Notes: generated from the sequence alone by a model not told the origin. A DNA stretch of 62,635 bases, filler included, from Globobulimina sp. (GCA_003354225.1; 37 parts of 37 records of this genome joined end to end with filler, not necessarily neighbours in it); one strand, 5' to 3'. Shown: positions 48,160-61,041, numbered from the whole stretch's first letter. Numbers and translations: made by a program.

Positions 48160-49077
48160 TCAAAAATCAAGTGTTTTGCCAGAAATAATCTCAATCATCA
48201 TTCTTTCCCGAAAATACGACATATCTTGCTGAGAATAGTCAGGATACAAATCATCTGAAATCCAATCAGCACATTTTGAGGTAAACACACCGCAATCCAC
48301 ACCATTCTCCTGTTGGGGGTATTTGTTACAGTTATTATCATCGACCCACTCATCCAAATTCAACTCATATTTCGCCACATCGCTTTTCAACTTATCCTTC
48401 CATTCGTCCATCAAATACAGTCGAATCATCCGGAAAAACTTAGCCGAGCGCCCATTCATAGAATCATAATATTCAAACTTCTTCTCCTTAAAATTTATAC
48501 ATCCGCAGCACCAATGGATATTATTCACATGCACAGGAAACACAAACTTATCTAATTCAAATATATTATTCAAATTTGCCAGTCCCTTTTTCGCAAATTT
48601 CGCCTTTTTTGTCCATCGTTTCACAGCTTTATAATTATAGGAATTGGAGCATAGTTTGGTGAAAAAGAATGTATTCATAAACAGTGCACTGATATTATTC
48701 GAATCCTGTTTGATTCTTTTTAAATTTCTATCTTGCAACAAAGCCATATAAAAATTCAGTACTTCGTCGTTGAGCCATTGCCCCTCTTCCAAAGTAGCCA
48801 AGTCTTTGACAGTCACTTCAATGTTACTTTGCTTGTGCTCACCGACTGTTTGATGGGGTGGCAAATTAAATATTTCTTCAATTAACGCATGATCGGAGTC
48901 TTCGAAGTCTTTGAATTTCAAATCTCGTAATAAAACATCGTTTTGTTCTTCTTTTGCGTCCATTTCTTGCTGTAATCGCTCTGCTTCTTTCCGTTTCAGT
49001 TCCTCTTCTTTGCGCTTTTGCCATTCTTCCACACACAATTTGGCCCGTTTTGCTCGTGCACACATGAAAACACACAC
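48160..49077 (-). CDS. Ulp1/SENP SUMO protease, catalytic C-terminus
   Basis: WLNDEVLNFY, HWCCGCI, YYDSM, PQQENGVDCGVF. Confidence 0.95.
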   Translation of the reverse strand: MCVFMCARAKRAKLCVEEWQKRKEEELKRKEAERLQQEMDAKEEQNDVLLRDLKFKDFEDSDHALIEEIFNLPPHQTVGEHKQSNIEVTVKDLATLEEGQWLNDEVLNFYMALLQDRNLKRIKQDSNNISALFMNTFFFTKLCSNSYNYKAVKRWTKKAKFAKKGLANLNNIFELDKFVFPVHVNNIHWCCGCINFKEKKFEYYDSMNGRSAKFFRMIRLYLMDEWKDKLKSDVAKYELNLDEWVDDNNCNKYPQQENGVDCGVFTSKCADWISDDLYPDYSQQDMSYFRERMMIEIISGKTLDF

Positions 49078-49177
49078 NNNNNNNNNNNNNNNNNNNNNNN
49101 NNNNNNNNNNNNNNNNNNNNNTTAATTAATTAANNNNNNNNNNNNNNNNNNNNNNNNNNNNNNNNNNNNNNNNNNNN

Positions 49178-50772
49178 ACTTTGATTCTCATCTTCTTGGT
49201 TCTGTATAAACTTATTCTGTACATCAGACACATTGGGTACACTGGTATCAATTTTGCAAACTCAATCACCGAGAAAACAGTACATAGCAATCTAGAAATT
49301 GAGAGCAAAGAGAAAATTAAATCCGTGCAAAACATCGACCGGTCGATTGTGAAAAAGCCGCGGATTAAGGATACATCGTTAACATTGCGATTAAGTTTTG
49401 ATTTTCGGCAATTGTTTATAAATTTAAATAAACCGCATTTAAATCGACAGATTGTAGAGTTTGGATTATCTAAAACACACATTACGTTTAAATTATATCG
49501 TGATTTTTCCTGTGATTTGCATGGTCGGATTGGCAATTTAACGGCAAAGGAGCTGACGTTTGAAGGGCTGTATGCAGCAAAAATGTTGAATAATTTAGAT
49601 TGTTCGATATTAGGTTTAAGAGACGCAAACTCAAAAACATTGTTAGATTTTAAATACAGTACCAATTTAATTGACGGTATACACCACAGATACAGACAGG
49701 AATTAAAAGTCACTCTCTCCTCTGTGAAATTTAAATATTATCAGTTATTGGTGATGGAAATTGTGGATTATATCAATATGGGTATATTAGGAATGATATA
49801 TACTGAGCCGAACCAACAGGAAACCAAAGAAGAGAAAAAGCAACAACCTGATCCGGAACAGTTAAGTGCTGTCATTGTTTGCTTTCAAATTGAAATAAAA
49901 GTCAATAATATTTAGGAAAATAGCAGCGGCAGACTTTGCCAATGATGTCGAGACGAAATTATTTTATACAGTGGCAATTGACAAACCTGTGATCGTCTTC
50001 CCATATTCGCGCGGAAATGAAAACTCATTAGATTTTGATTTGGGATCCATAAATATTTCAAATAAAATTAAACAAATACCATTCGGTAACAAGGACCATG
50101 CGCATAAGCTCATATTAGTGGAAGACATTAATGTCCGCGCCAAGGATATGCAGATTATTGGCAGCCACAATCGTAGCTTACGAATGGTCAAAGTCTCATT
50201 GAATATCGATGTACGACGCGGCGTCGATTGCAAAATCGAGTTAGAACCAAATATGCAAATAAATTTACAATTTGATAAGTTTCAAATCAAAATGACTCAG
50301 CAACATTATAAAGACATATTAAATATGTTAAATGGAAATATCTGGGCCAATCCAAACAATATACGCATATCCACCGCGTCTATCGGCGACGAGAAAATGG
50401 AATATTTATCATTTTATACCAAAACTGCGAAGCAAATCTATACGAAATACAATAAAAACTCACATAAAGATGACTTGAAAAAAGCAATCATTCAAATCAA
50501 TGATTTAATTAAAAACAGTGGCAAAGCCACGACAGCCACCATTGAAGCGCCCCACGCCACATTATCGCCATCTAAATCCGCTTTCATCCCAATAAAAGTC
50601 AAACCGATACGGCGTGGCCTGTCCGTGGATGTAGACTCTAAAATAGATAATAACAGTGATCGGCATACCTTCGTGGATGATTTGATGAAACTACGCGTAT
50701 TATATGAACAATATCTATTTAATTATGCCATACACAAATCGGAATTAGATAAAGTTTTGTCTGCGCTAAATC
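49178..50772 (+). CDS. VPS13: VPS13-family lipid-transfer protein, internal fragment (intron near 49860-49915)
   Basis: GRIGNLT..L, ILGL....LLDFKY, LSSVKFKY, PVIVFP......LDFDLGSINISN repeat motif. Confidence 0.75.
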
Positions 50773-51024
50773 NNNNNNNNNNNNNNNNNNNNNNNNNNNN
50801 NNNNNNNNNNNNNNNNTTAATTAATTAANNNNNNNNNNNNNNNNNNNNNNNNNNNNNNNNNNNNNNNNNNNNAGTAATGCATATGAAACCAGATGGTATC
50901 ACGGAATACCCATTGTATTCATTTTAAGTGTTTCTACATTTATATTTAATTGAACTATGTATCCTTGCACAGAAAGCGCCAGTTTTTTGATGAGCTAATC
51001 ACAAAGTTTTTTTTACCTCAAACA

Positions 51025-52107
51025 ATGGCGTTAAAATATACTTTACCCACTTGGTTGAAACGAATATGTTCTTTTAGCATAGTTTTAAGTGTTTGCCCAG
51101 TTGAAGTTCAAGATTTGAATGTAACCAGAGGTCAATTTGATTCGTCTGAAGAGATGCAAAAATTCTTTGAAATATTAAATGAATGTCAACATAATCAAAC
51201 AGAAGGATTATATGTTGACAAATCAATGAATGCGTACGCAAATTGGATAAATAGAATGTATTATTTGCAAACGGATTCCAATCAGAAGAAATTAATGAAA
51301 ATGCAATCGAAATTAGAAAAGATATGCGCACTCTATCGAGATAAAGAAATGTTATCATCGGAGATTGATGATTTTTATTGGGAATATTATAAAACATTAT
51401 CAATACCAAACCGGTCAATGAATTGCTCAATATTTGGCGTAAATAAATTTGTTGAATTTGTATTACTGGAACAATATAAAGAGAACAAAGAATTAAATAT
51501 AAAAAATGAGAAATTAGACATATTGGATATTGGATGCGGCATCGGATTGGTTGGAATGAGTTTGATTCGAAGCGTGAACAAATTAAAAATAAATCAACAT
51601 TTTGAATTAAATATTGAAGGATTTGATCATTCGGATATTGCACTGCAATATGGCCAAAATAAAAAATATTGGAATTATTTGAACGTTTATGATAAAGTGT
51701 GGAAACAGGATTTATTTGATATGGTTGCTGAGAGAAAATATGATGTGGTATTTGCCAGTGACATATTGTATCAATTACCAGTTTGTGGCTGTGTTGGTGT
51801 GAATGCTGTAAAGCAGTCATTTAAGTATGTGCAAAATGGCGGGTATTTGGTGATTATAAATCCAATCCAAGTGTCAACGCCATGTATTCAAGAAAGTTAT
51901 GAGAGGCTATTGGAAGAATTTTATAATGAAAATAATATCGTTTGTGTATTGAATGGAATTGTTGACACTATTGATCACGATAAAGATTATCAAAGATTGG
52001 ATGCTGTCTATGTTCATATACGGATATTATACAAAGGGTTTGATGAAAGTATTCATGGCGATCATTTTTGTCATGTTGAAAGACCGTGTGTTAATTTGAT
52101 GAAATAA
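51025..52107 (+). CDS. Class I SAM-dependent methyltransferase
   Basis: ILDIGCGIGLVG motif I, EGFDHS, KYDVVFASD, VQNGGYLVI. Confidence 0.85.
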   Translation: MALKYTLPTWLKRICSFSIVLSVCPVEVQDLNVTRGQFDSSEEMQKFFEILNECQHNQTEGLYVDKSMNAYANWINRMYYLQTDSNQKKLMKMQSKLEKICALYRDKEMLSSEIDDFYWEYYKTLSIPNRSMNCSIFGVNKFVEFVLLEQYKENKELNIKNEKLDILDIGCGIGLVGMSLIRSVNKLKINQHFELNIEGFDHSDIALQYGQNKKYWNYLNVYDKVWKQDLFDMVAERKYDVVFASDILYQLPVCGCVGVNAVKQSFKYVQNGGYLVIINPIQVSTPCIQESYERLLEEFYNENNIVCVLNGIVDTIDHDKDYQRLDAVYVHIRILYKGFDESIHGDHFCHVERPCVNLMK

Positions 52108-52270
52108 TTTCCATCACATTCTACATTACTTTTTATGTTTTCTAGCTTGTATATACTAATTATTATACAACAAAGTCCGCATATTTGTGCATTTCTAAAC
52201 AAATGATTGATTTCTTAGTGTTTTGAAGAAGACTTTTTTTTAAGGTATAAAAACGTATTGCAATAAAATC

Positions 52271-52400
52271 ATGGGAAATAAACAAGCAAAATCGAAAAAA
52301 AAGAAAAAAGGCGTCGACGATGATAGTAAAAAGCCAGAAGAAGCCAAGGAAGGGACACCACCGTTGCCAGATGAAGTCATCACCAAGACTTCCGAGATCT
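52271..52400 (+). CDS. N-terminus of a putatively myristoylated protein, cut by a junction to GC-rich DNA
   Basis: MGNKQAKSKKKKKG; GC jumps after ~52400. Confidence 0.5.
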
Positions 52401-53206
52401 ACGCGCGCCGCCGGGATCAGCGCGGCGGCCTCGCTTCTGCGGCCGCTGCGGCTCCTTTGGGCTCGGCNNNNNNNNNNNNNNNNNNNNNNNNNNNNNNNNN
52501 NNNNNNNNNNNTTAATTAATTAANNNNNNNNNNNNNNNNNNNNNNNNNNNNNNNNNNNNNNNNNNNNTGATGTTTTTGCGTCTTTATGGTAAAGCATCAA
52601 CTAACAACGTAACGGTGTTTCCAACAATTCAAAATATAATGTCATGTCATTTACGTATTTTACATAATAATATTTTAAGCTAGCAAATTAAATTAAAATC
52701 TGTTTTTTCTGTACTTTTCTTTTTTATGTTTATAAGATTGTTTGTTTGTTTCTGCGTTTTCGATATAAAATGCATACACTGTTTGTCATTTTTGTTTGTT
52801 TTGGTCAAAGGTGATGTATTGATGTAATTCTATTTTTTTGATTCCAGCTGCGACAATGCGTTGGCACTTGAAATGAAAATAGCTCTGATCACATCATCAC
52901 AACCAAAACAAAAAAAATGTATTTTGCTGTTTTTTTTTACAATTTGTTTGTCTTTTTAACTATTTTGCTGTTTTTTAAATTATACTTTTAACATTGTGCA
53001 AGGATATTGCGCTATTACTTTGAAAATATTATAACAGCTAAAACATTATCAAATAAAAAGTCCGATATAATTTTATAAAAACGGCTGGTAAATATTAAGA
53101 AACAGTTTTCATCTAAAAAAAAAGGATTAATTTTCTTTTCTTTTTGTGTGCGTCTGATTTATATTCATTTGTGCCGGGTTTAAAAACCAATGAAACAATA
53201 AACAAT

Positions 53207-54162
53207 TTAAATAAATGGAGGTTTTTTATTCAATTTGAAATGATTGACAGAATCCGGATCAATTTTGGACAATGATTGCTTAAATGGTTTCAATTTATTG
53301 TCAAACTGCGTGGGTAATATTTTGAGACCAGTTTCAAACTCCGCTTTATTCAAATCATAACAAAATTGCTGCAATTCTTTCAAATCATACACAAAGTCCG
53401 CAAATGTCTGATAATGTTTATCGTGAACTTTCTGTCTGATTTCATACAGCGCCAAGGGCACATTTTCTTGATTCAATTGCAATGCACTCAGACTATTGAA
53501 CGACGACTTGAATGCATCCAAAGTCGGCGCATCCAATATGCCATTAATCAGCTTATTTAATATCGGCTGCAAATCAAATGTCATATAAGTTGCGTTAACC
53601 TCCGCGTCCAAGGACTCTATCACCACTTTGTACTGCCTCTGCATTGAAGTCACCTGTTCCACGATGGTCGATGCCAAATGTGTGAAATTGGAGGAGACGC
53701 CGTTGAACTTCGCCGAATTACTATGCAATAATTTGATGTCTGCTTTGAAGGCCTCAAATGTTTTATATTCCTTTTTATCCGGTTTGCCCGCACCGCGCAC
53801 AATATCTATTTTCGGCAAATCCATCAAATTATTCTGCGACAATGCAGCTTTGTACGGCGCTTTGATGCATTCCTCCGTATATTGGATGTTTTGCTGAATC
53901 CAGTCCAAACACATCGGCTCTGACACCCTCGAAATGTATCCATCCAATCGGGTCGGATCCAACTTAAATGTCACCGAACCATTCACATTCTTGGCTTTCT
54001 CCATAATGTGTTTCAACACAGCCACCAGATTCAAGCGAGGATCATTGATCCCGTCGTTATTGTCGCCAATTTTGTATTTCTTCTTTTTGCCTTTCTTGTG
54101 GCCCTTTCCTTGCATAAAGGCACTGCGATAGCTTTTGTGTTTCTTATCGATGGCTCGCTCAA
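53207..54162 (-). CDS. Tandem bromodomain protein C-terminus (TAF1-like)
   Basis: GYISRVSEPMCL..I..N, YKTFEAFKADIKLLHSNSAKFNG; second degenerate copy PLALYEIRQKV...YQTFADFVYDL. Confidence 0.7.
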
Positions 54163-54303
54163 NNNNNNNNNNNNNNNNNNNNNNNNNNNNNNNNNNNNNN
54201 NNNNNNTTAATTAATTAANNNNNNNNNNNNNNNNNNNNNNNNNNNNNNNNNNNNNNNNNNNNAATAATATAATAATCTCCATAGAATCCATATCCATTCC
54301 ATC

Positions 54304-54385
54304 TCATCACCGTATGATTCGAACCTACGGGCATTTGGTTTGCTTTCCATTCAAACCAATGCTCTGCCAATTGAGCTATGTGCTC
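54304..54385 (-). tRNA. Degenerate tRNA-like sequence (possibly Phe-GAA derived; pseudogene)
   Basis: TAGCTCAATTGGCAGAGC D-arm/A-box, TTGGT..ACCAA anticodon stem with 15-nt loop, GGTTCGAAT T-loop/B-box; acceptor stem has three mismatches. Confidence 0.55.
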
Positions 54386-55957
54386 ACGAGCATTATCTAA
54401 TTCATCTGTGGAGAACTATTTTTCAAATGAATTATAAATTTTATAATCTAGTCAGGGGAGGAGTGGGATGAGTACTTTTAATTAATCACGCTCCCAGCAG
54501 GATAAATTATAAACAACTACCTTGCAACAACAAGTTTATAATATAATTGTTCTTTCTATTATAAAAAGTCTCAGCTGCAGTTATTCCACCACCTTTGATC
54601 CAATTCACATTGAGTTGAATATCCCAATATCATGTTCACGAAAATGTTACTTTTTGGTAATAACAATGATTTATTTTTATCTCCATCAATAATGATGATA
54701 TTGAGCTAAGATTTTTTTTGTGATCTAATATGACCAAACAGTTTATCAGGATTTTTTTTTTTCGTTTGCGACTACCTAACCATGATTTCCCAATTTTGTG
54801 ATCCTGCATGATCCTGCATTTTCTACTTACTAGCTATATACTTACTCTTTCATCACCATGTCGTTTGCAGGCCTCTTGCAGACTGCATTGGACAGAAGAG
54901 GAGTAGCGAGGATTGATGCAGAACAGTACATTTTAAAAAGTCGAATCGCAAGGATTGCAGAATGGAAAAATCAATTAAAATTGGAAACACGAATGTTTTG
55001 CTGGCATCAATTGGATGTACTTCTCTTGGGAATTGTACCTATATGTCAATATATACATACACAATAACACAACACAACACAATCAAACTTTATATAATTT
55101 ACTGCCAGGAGTCCCAGAACCCAAAAGGTAATGGAAGTTATCAGTTACACGTGCCCAAAATATATTCCGCACATATGACTATGGTTTGGTCGAGCGAGTC
55201 CTCTAAGCTACTTTTTTACACTCCGAGTTAGACTATGATATGAACAAAATATGTCTGATTTACACACCAAAATACGTGTATGATAATATTCTGATCATAT
55301 TTTGATCATATTGATCATACCATGATCATACCAAAAAAATAAAAAAATAAAAAAAAAATTGTATGGAAAAGTTCGTCCAGTAATATTTGATCATATCAAT
55401 ATTTTGATCACACCGTCTTCATCTTATCCGATACATCACTGTATCTAATCATATGCGTATATCTTATCGGGAACACTCTTACCTAAAATTATTATACTCA
55501 TAAACACCCATTAAAAGCATCAGAAATCCCATAATAGTGATAATACAGCATCATAAATTCCATGTTATAATTTTTGTTTGATTTTTATATAAAATTACAA
55601 AGTATACAAACATATACAACAGAAACACAAACAAAAAACAGAAATTAAATAACAAAAATAATAAAATGTGATGATTGGGATTGGCACCCAAATCTTCTTT
55701 ATCTGGACACCAGGCTTTCCTGGGATTATCATGTTGAACAGATGATTCTTAAATGTACTTACACCTATCGTGGTTTAAATAAGAATTTGTCAAAGATATC
55801 GAGGGTAAACAACACCACGGCAATTCGGTTACTTGATGCTTGTGTTGTCACTTGGATNNNNNNNNNNNNNNNNNNNNNNNNNNNNNNNNNNNNNNNNNNN
55901 NTTAATTAATTAANNNNNNNNNNNNNNNNNNNNNNNNNNNNNNNNNNNNNNNNNNNN

Positions 55958-57304
55958 TATAGTTATAGTGACAGTGTTGAATGGATTGTCCAATTTATCG
56001 CAGAAGGCAAACCTCCCGCTACTAAACTATCAAAACCTACACCCATTAAATGCAAAAGTAAAAAACAGAAAAAAAAGGGAAAAAAAGAATGCAATATAAT
56101 TGAAATTAAAAGTAAAACACAGACAAGAAACCAAAAACGAAAAATCAAAATCAAGCTCAGAAAAACAAAAAAAAAGAGAGAATTTCAAACTGTAATTGTT
56201 GATACTCCGCATGGCTCTAATTTGACAGTTAAATATCTGACAAATATTAAATTATGGGATAAGTATAAATGTCTTATATTTGGATTGCAATTTGAAGAGA
56301 AACAAATTTTATTTATTAATAATTTAGCCTCGAAAGAATGGTTTGGAAAATTTGGTAATATCTTAAATATTTTTATGCTTAAAAATAGTAACTGTGTAGA
56401 AATAGAATTTGAAAATGAATATTCAACATTAAACGCGATTTCTTATTGCAATAAGGATTCGAGTACAAGATTAAGAGCACGTTATCAAATAACTAAGTAT
56501 TGTAAAATATTTTTAATGCACGCAAATCAGCAAAAAAAAATAACAAAATGTTTTAATAAATGCTGTCGTGACATACATTCATGGCAGACTCCAAATGATG
56601 TCGTATCGGAAAAACAATTTTCAAAAATTAATACAAAGGACCTTCACACTTTCAAATTGAAAACAACAATGTATCATAATAATGAATGTAAAAATGTTGC
56701 TGAAAATGACGTGAAGCAATCTGAACAACTTCAGGTAAAATGTCAACAACAAAGACAAGAAATAATGCATTTAAAAACAGAATTATGTAAATATTTGCAA
56801 GAGATTGAACATTATAAACAAAAATGTGATATGCTACAAACGGAAATTAGTAAAAATATTAATAATTTATGCGAAGAAAAGTTTAAATGTTGGTTGTGTG
56901 AAGTGGTGGGATTGAAAGAATATTTATCAATATTTGTAAACAATGAATATAATGATATTACAATGATTGAATATATTGATCAGGATGTAATTGTAAATGA
57001 ATTGGGGATCACTAATAAAAGGCATATACAATTATTAGTGACTCATGTTGAAGAATTTAAACATATGAGACAAAAATTTAATGCATTAATGACAAGAAAT
57101 AAAATTTTAAAACAATTTGAACAAAACTTGATTGAAAATGGTATATTAACAATTAATGATTTAAAGAAAGATATAAACTCTAAAGCAGATACAAAACGAA
57201 TATTAAAAATAAATAATCAAAACGAAATACAACACATTTTAAGTATCATTAAACTTATTGAATTGTCGTCAAATGTTAATGATAACAAGTCCGTACTTAG
57301 TTGA
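55958..57304 (+). CDS. NOT4-like RRM + CCCH finger fused to coiled coil and SAM domains, 5' partial
   Basis: KEWFGKFGNI, LRARYQITKYCKIFL..KCFNKCCRDIH; WLCEVVGLKEYLSIF..ELGITNKRH. Confidence 0.7.
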   Translation, partial: YSYSDSVEWIVQFIAEGKPPATKLSKPTPIKCKSKKQKKKGKKECNIIEIKSKTQTRNQKRKIKIKLRKTKKKREFQTVIVDTPHGSNLTVKYLTNIKLWDKYKCLIFGLQFEEKQILFINNLASKEWFGKFGNILNIFMLKNSNCVEIEFENEYSTLNAISYCNKDSSTRLRARYQITKYCKIFLMHANQQKKITKCFNKCCRDIHSWQTPNDVVSEKQFSKINTKDLHTFKLKTTMYHNNECKNVAENDVKQSEQLQVKCQQQRQEIMHLKTELCKYLQEIEHYKQKCDMLQTEISKNINNLCEEKFKCWLCEVVGLKEYLSIFVNNEYNDITMIEYIDQDVIVNELGITNKRHIQLLVTHVEEFKHMRQKFNALMTRNKILKQFEQNLIENGILTINDLKKDINSKADTKRILKINNQNEIQHILSIIKLIELSSNVNDNKSVLS

Positions 57305-57774
57305 ATTATTTAACATACTTTTCCTCTGTCAAAAATCTTAATATAAATACTTTTCGTTAAGCAAAGATATATCCAACTCACTTTGTAACAGCACACGCAC
57401 CACAACACTGACAGTGCAGCAGTATGATAAGCTATTACAAAATCGAAAGAGTGGATAGTAATTTGGCAAAAAAGAAGCAATATAGGTATCTTTGATCATG
57501 AATCAGACACTGAGATTTTGTTGCGGTCTTTGCCAGCGGTCATTATGTCTTTNNNNNNNNNNNNNNNNNNNNNNNNNNNNNNNNNNNNNNNNNNNNTTAA
57601 TTAATTAANNNNNNNNNNNNNNNNNNNNNNNNNNNNNNNNNNNNNNNNNNNNTCAAAAAAGCACTGGAAGACAGGGGTGTTGAAATTCGAGGTTGCGGGA
57701 AGACTGCACGTATTATCGACGTCATACCGGCATCCGAAAAAGATTGGAAAACCGAATACCTGGATCTCATTATT

Positions 57775-59247
57775 TCAATAAAGATCGTCGAAAACTTTGA
57801 AGAAGCCGTTTATCACATCAATCGCATTCAGCGCATTGGCATAAAACTCCATCTGTCCGTCGGTCGCCAATGCCTCCACTCGGACATACGCCATTGGTAT
57901 CAACTTGCCATAGATACTGAAGTTAGTATAATTGGTCGGATACGGCCTGTCCATGGCGACGAACCTAATATTTATCTGATAATTGTGCCAATTACGGAAC
58001 ACAATGCCCGACTTTGCATCCACATCCTGCACAACACAAAAGAAACAAATTCCTCATTTCAGACTGTCAGTACCTATACTGTTCAAAATATACAGTATAT
58101 ACTTAACAAAATATTGATCATCCTCCTCGTCACTGGGCATCGGTAAACCGAACGCTTCGTTCGTACTGTTCAGAAAATACGGAGCGTCCAAGAACCGGCC
58201 CTTGGACAAAAACGACGGTGAGCCGCGCAAATTGGTCAAATTCCACACCCCGTCCTCCCAAAACTGATAATATTTACAGTTTGCACTCTCGTCCACAATG
58301 CTGCCGTTTTCGTACTCGTACTCGCAGGCTTTGCCTTCATTGTCGTCCAGGCGGAACCGCAGCAAATCCACGCCTTTGTACACCACATCGCTATGGTACA
58401 AATAGTCGGTGGCGCGAAATTTCTCCAAGCTCCAAATGGTCAGCGCTCGCTCTTTGTTAATCCAGTTTTTTGGAGGAAAGTTGCGTGTTTCTCGCGAACC
58501 GGACACCGTTTCCGTATGATCCATCCATAAGTCGCCACCGCCATATTTCCAAGAATTGGTCTCCGGGACGCTCCAATTGCGAAATTCCTCCAATTGAGCC
58601 ACTTTGGTTAGATTTGCTTTGCCCGTATGCTGAACCACGCTGTTTTTGCCACTGGCGATGAGGTGGTAGAATGTGTTGGGTTTGATGAGGGTCCATAGGA
58701 ACTCTGCAGCGCAGTACTCGTCCAAGCGGAGCACCCACGGATCTGTGAGACCGCGGGTTAGATTCTGGATGGTGGTGTGGTAAAATACAGAGTGTCCGGG
58801 GTATTCACCCAAGGCTTGGTCTACGCAGTCGAGGATGAATGGGCCGGAGCCGAATGTGTTTATATTGCTAAATAAACCTTGGACTGCGCTGTATTTCGTG
58901 TGTAATTACATCAGTTTCGGACCTTTATTTTATAATTTTGAGAGGGAACAGACCCGGAAATGACATAAACCATATCATCCAATGAGGTGTTATCAGTGGA
59001 GCTGTCGGGTTGGAACTCAAATGTGTATAAATAGTCATATTCCACTGTGGTTTCGTTGGCTTCTTCGAAGAATATCGGTTCTTGGTCAGGCTCGTCGGGC
59101 GCTGTCCGGCGTTCGTACCGTCTGTACGTGAATGGACCGAGTAGGTCGAAGGTGGGATAGGCGCCGTTTGGTACATCGTATGGATTTGTTACGTTATATA
59201 TCCAATATTCGAACAATTGTAGCGGTGCATCAGAGTTGTTGTTGCTT
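57775..59247 (-). CDS. CD36/SCARB scavenger-receptor family protein, spliced, partial
   Basis: YWIYNVTNP..LGPFTYR, YKGVDLLRFRL, GVWNLT...GSPSFLSKGRFLDA, DVDAKSGIVF. Confidence 0.85.
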
Positions 59248-59347
59248 NNNNNNNNNNNNNNNNNNNNNNNNNNNNNNNNNNNNNNNNNNNNTTAATTAAT
59301 TAANNNNNNNNNNNNNNNNNNNNNNNNNNNNNNNNNNNNNNNNNNNN

Positions 59348-60867
59348 AGGCCAAGCCGGTTCCAGCTCGACCTTTGCCGCCTCCACAATGTACCAATACA
59401 GCTTTATTCCGTACAAATATGCACTGCTCCGCTCGTTTTATAAATCTTTCAACATCAAACAATTTCGGTGCTTTATAATTTGCTGTTTTCAAGTGAATGC
59501 ATTTTAGATTCTCGCTGTTAATCGTTTTTAAAATATGGCTTGGCAATGCATCATGAAACAGGGTGACAATAAGACCAATATTCATGCTTTCAAATGTTTT
59601 TAATTGCTCCCCATGTTTGGGTATGGAACATGCACAAAGCCAGCCATCCACTAACCAGCTGAAGTTGCGCGGCAATACTGTTTCATGCCAGGTTAGATTT
59701 TCTGGGATTTCGCCATTGTGTATGCTGTCGGTTGCATATTTTATGGATATTCTGATGCGTGGACTCAATGCAACGCATAATATTTCTTTTCGACATTTCT
59801 CAATACCTTTTTTCATCCGTTCAAGCCATATTTTCTCTTTTTCACCAAACAATGATGACAATCTTTGCTGTGCAAACTGCACATTCCCATCACCTTTGGC
59901 ATTCCAATACAAATTTAGTATTTTTTCACTTAAACGAAATAGTTCCGACGCTTCTCTGTGGTGATTATTTTTTTTTTTTATTTACTTCACTGAAAACTGT
60001 AAATTAATCACTTAACAATGGCCTCTTCATAGCCAGCAAAGCAATGCCTTGCGATATTAGAGCTGGTACATAAAATTCATCCATTTTTAATATTTGTAAA
60101 CAGTCATTTAAACAATCATTAAATTGTTGGTTTAGTCCGAATACAGTTGTTCGAAATAATAACACTTTACATAACATTCCGTTTTTGTTTATAGATTCGA
60201 CATTCATTAACTGAGAGATTAATAATTCCAATATGTGCAGTAAAATTTGAGTATCTTTTTTTATCGAATATTTTTTGGTAATTTCAAACAAGGCAACACA
60301 GTGAAGATAATCTGTTTGTTTTGGCAATATTGTTTCTATGGATTTATTTACATTTAAATGCAAATCCTTTGGATGGAAAGCAAGCGTAATATGTGGATAA
60401 AATGCATTGTTTGATAATTTTAAATTGCGTCTCAATCGAAATGTTTGTGGAGCTAATATGACACAGTAATACGCCGTTGATTTTTGTTTTTGTCTTTTAC
60501 CAACGCCCATATTAAGTAAATCAATGTTTTTTATATTTAAAATTTTATTTGCTTTGGATATGATATGATCAATCTTTTTATCTTTTGAATTGAATGATAA
60601 TTCAGGTATCACCTTTTCCATCTCATCTTTTGTAAGCAGAGTGAGATGGAATTGATCGCCATCACGCTTTGTTCTATTGTTGAGAAAATGTTGTGGGATC
60701 ACAGTGCTCTGTGTATTGGTTGCATGATGTTGCAAATATATAAGTCAAACAAGGGGATATTAAACTTTTATGGATTGTTTTGCAATATCATCTATTTTAC
60801 ATCCTTTGATCATAAGGCATCCCTGACAATAAGTTATTGATGCTTCTGCTTTTAATTCTTGTGCCAT
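59348..60867 (-). CDS. 2H phosphoesterase + TPR + dual-specificity phosphatase ('Swiss Army knife' RNA-repair-like), 3' partial (introns 60709-60765, 59956-60016)
   Basis: RDGDQFHLTLL and YPHITLAF (two HxT), TPR-like helices, LPRNFSWLV..ACSIP, VLVHCGGGKGRAGT. Confidence 0.82.
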
Positions 60868-61041
60868 GTTTTAGTAATAAATGTTGCGTTAATTGCGGGT
60901 GAAGCTGTGAAGTGACAGTAGCAGTGAAAACTGTCGCATTTNNNNNNNNNNNNNNNNNNNNNNNNNNNNNNNNNNNNNNNNNNNNTTAATTAATTAANNN
61001 NNNNNNNNNNNNNNNNNNNNNNNNNNNNNNNNNNNNNNNNN

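Noticed and set aside
55290-55410. TGATCATA cluster as a regulatory array
   Set aside because: Irregular short repeats in AT-rich non-coding DNA with no linked gene
1598-61041. Regularly spaced TTAATTAATTAA repeats resembling an array
   Set aside because: Artificial spacers between length-sorted contigs; ORF tails 'XXXLIN' or 'XXXN' come from them
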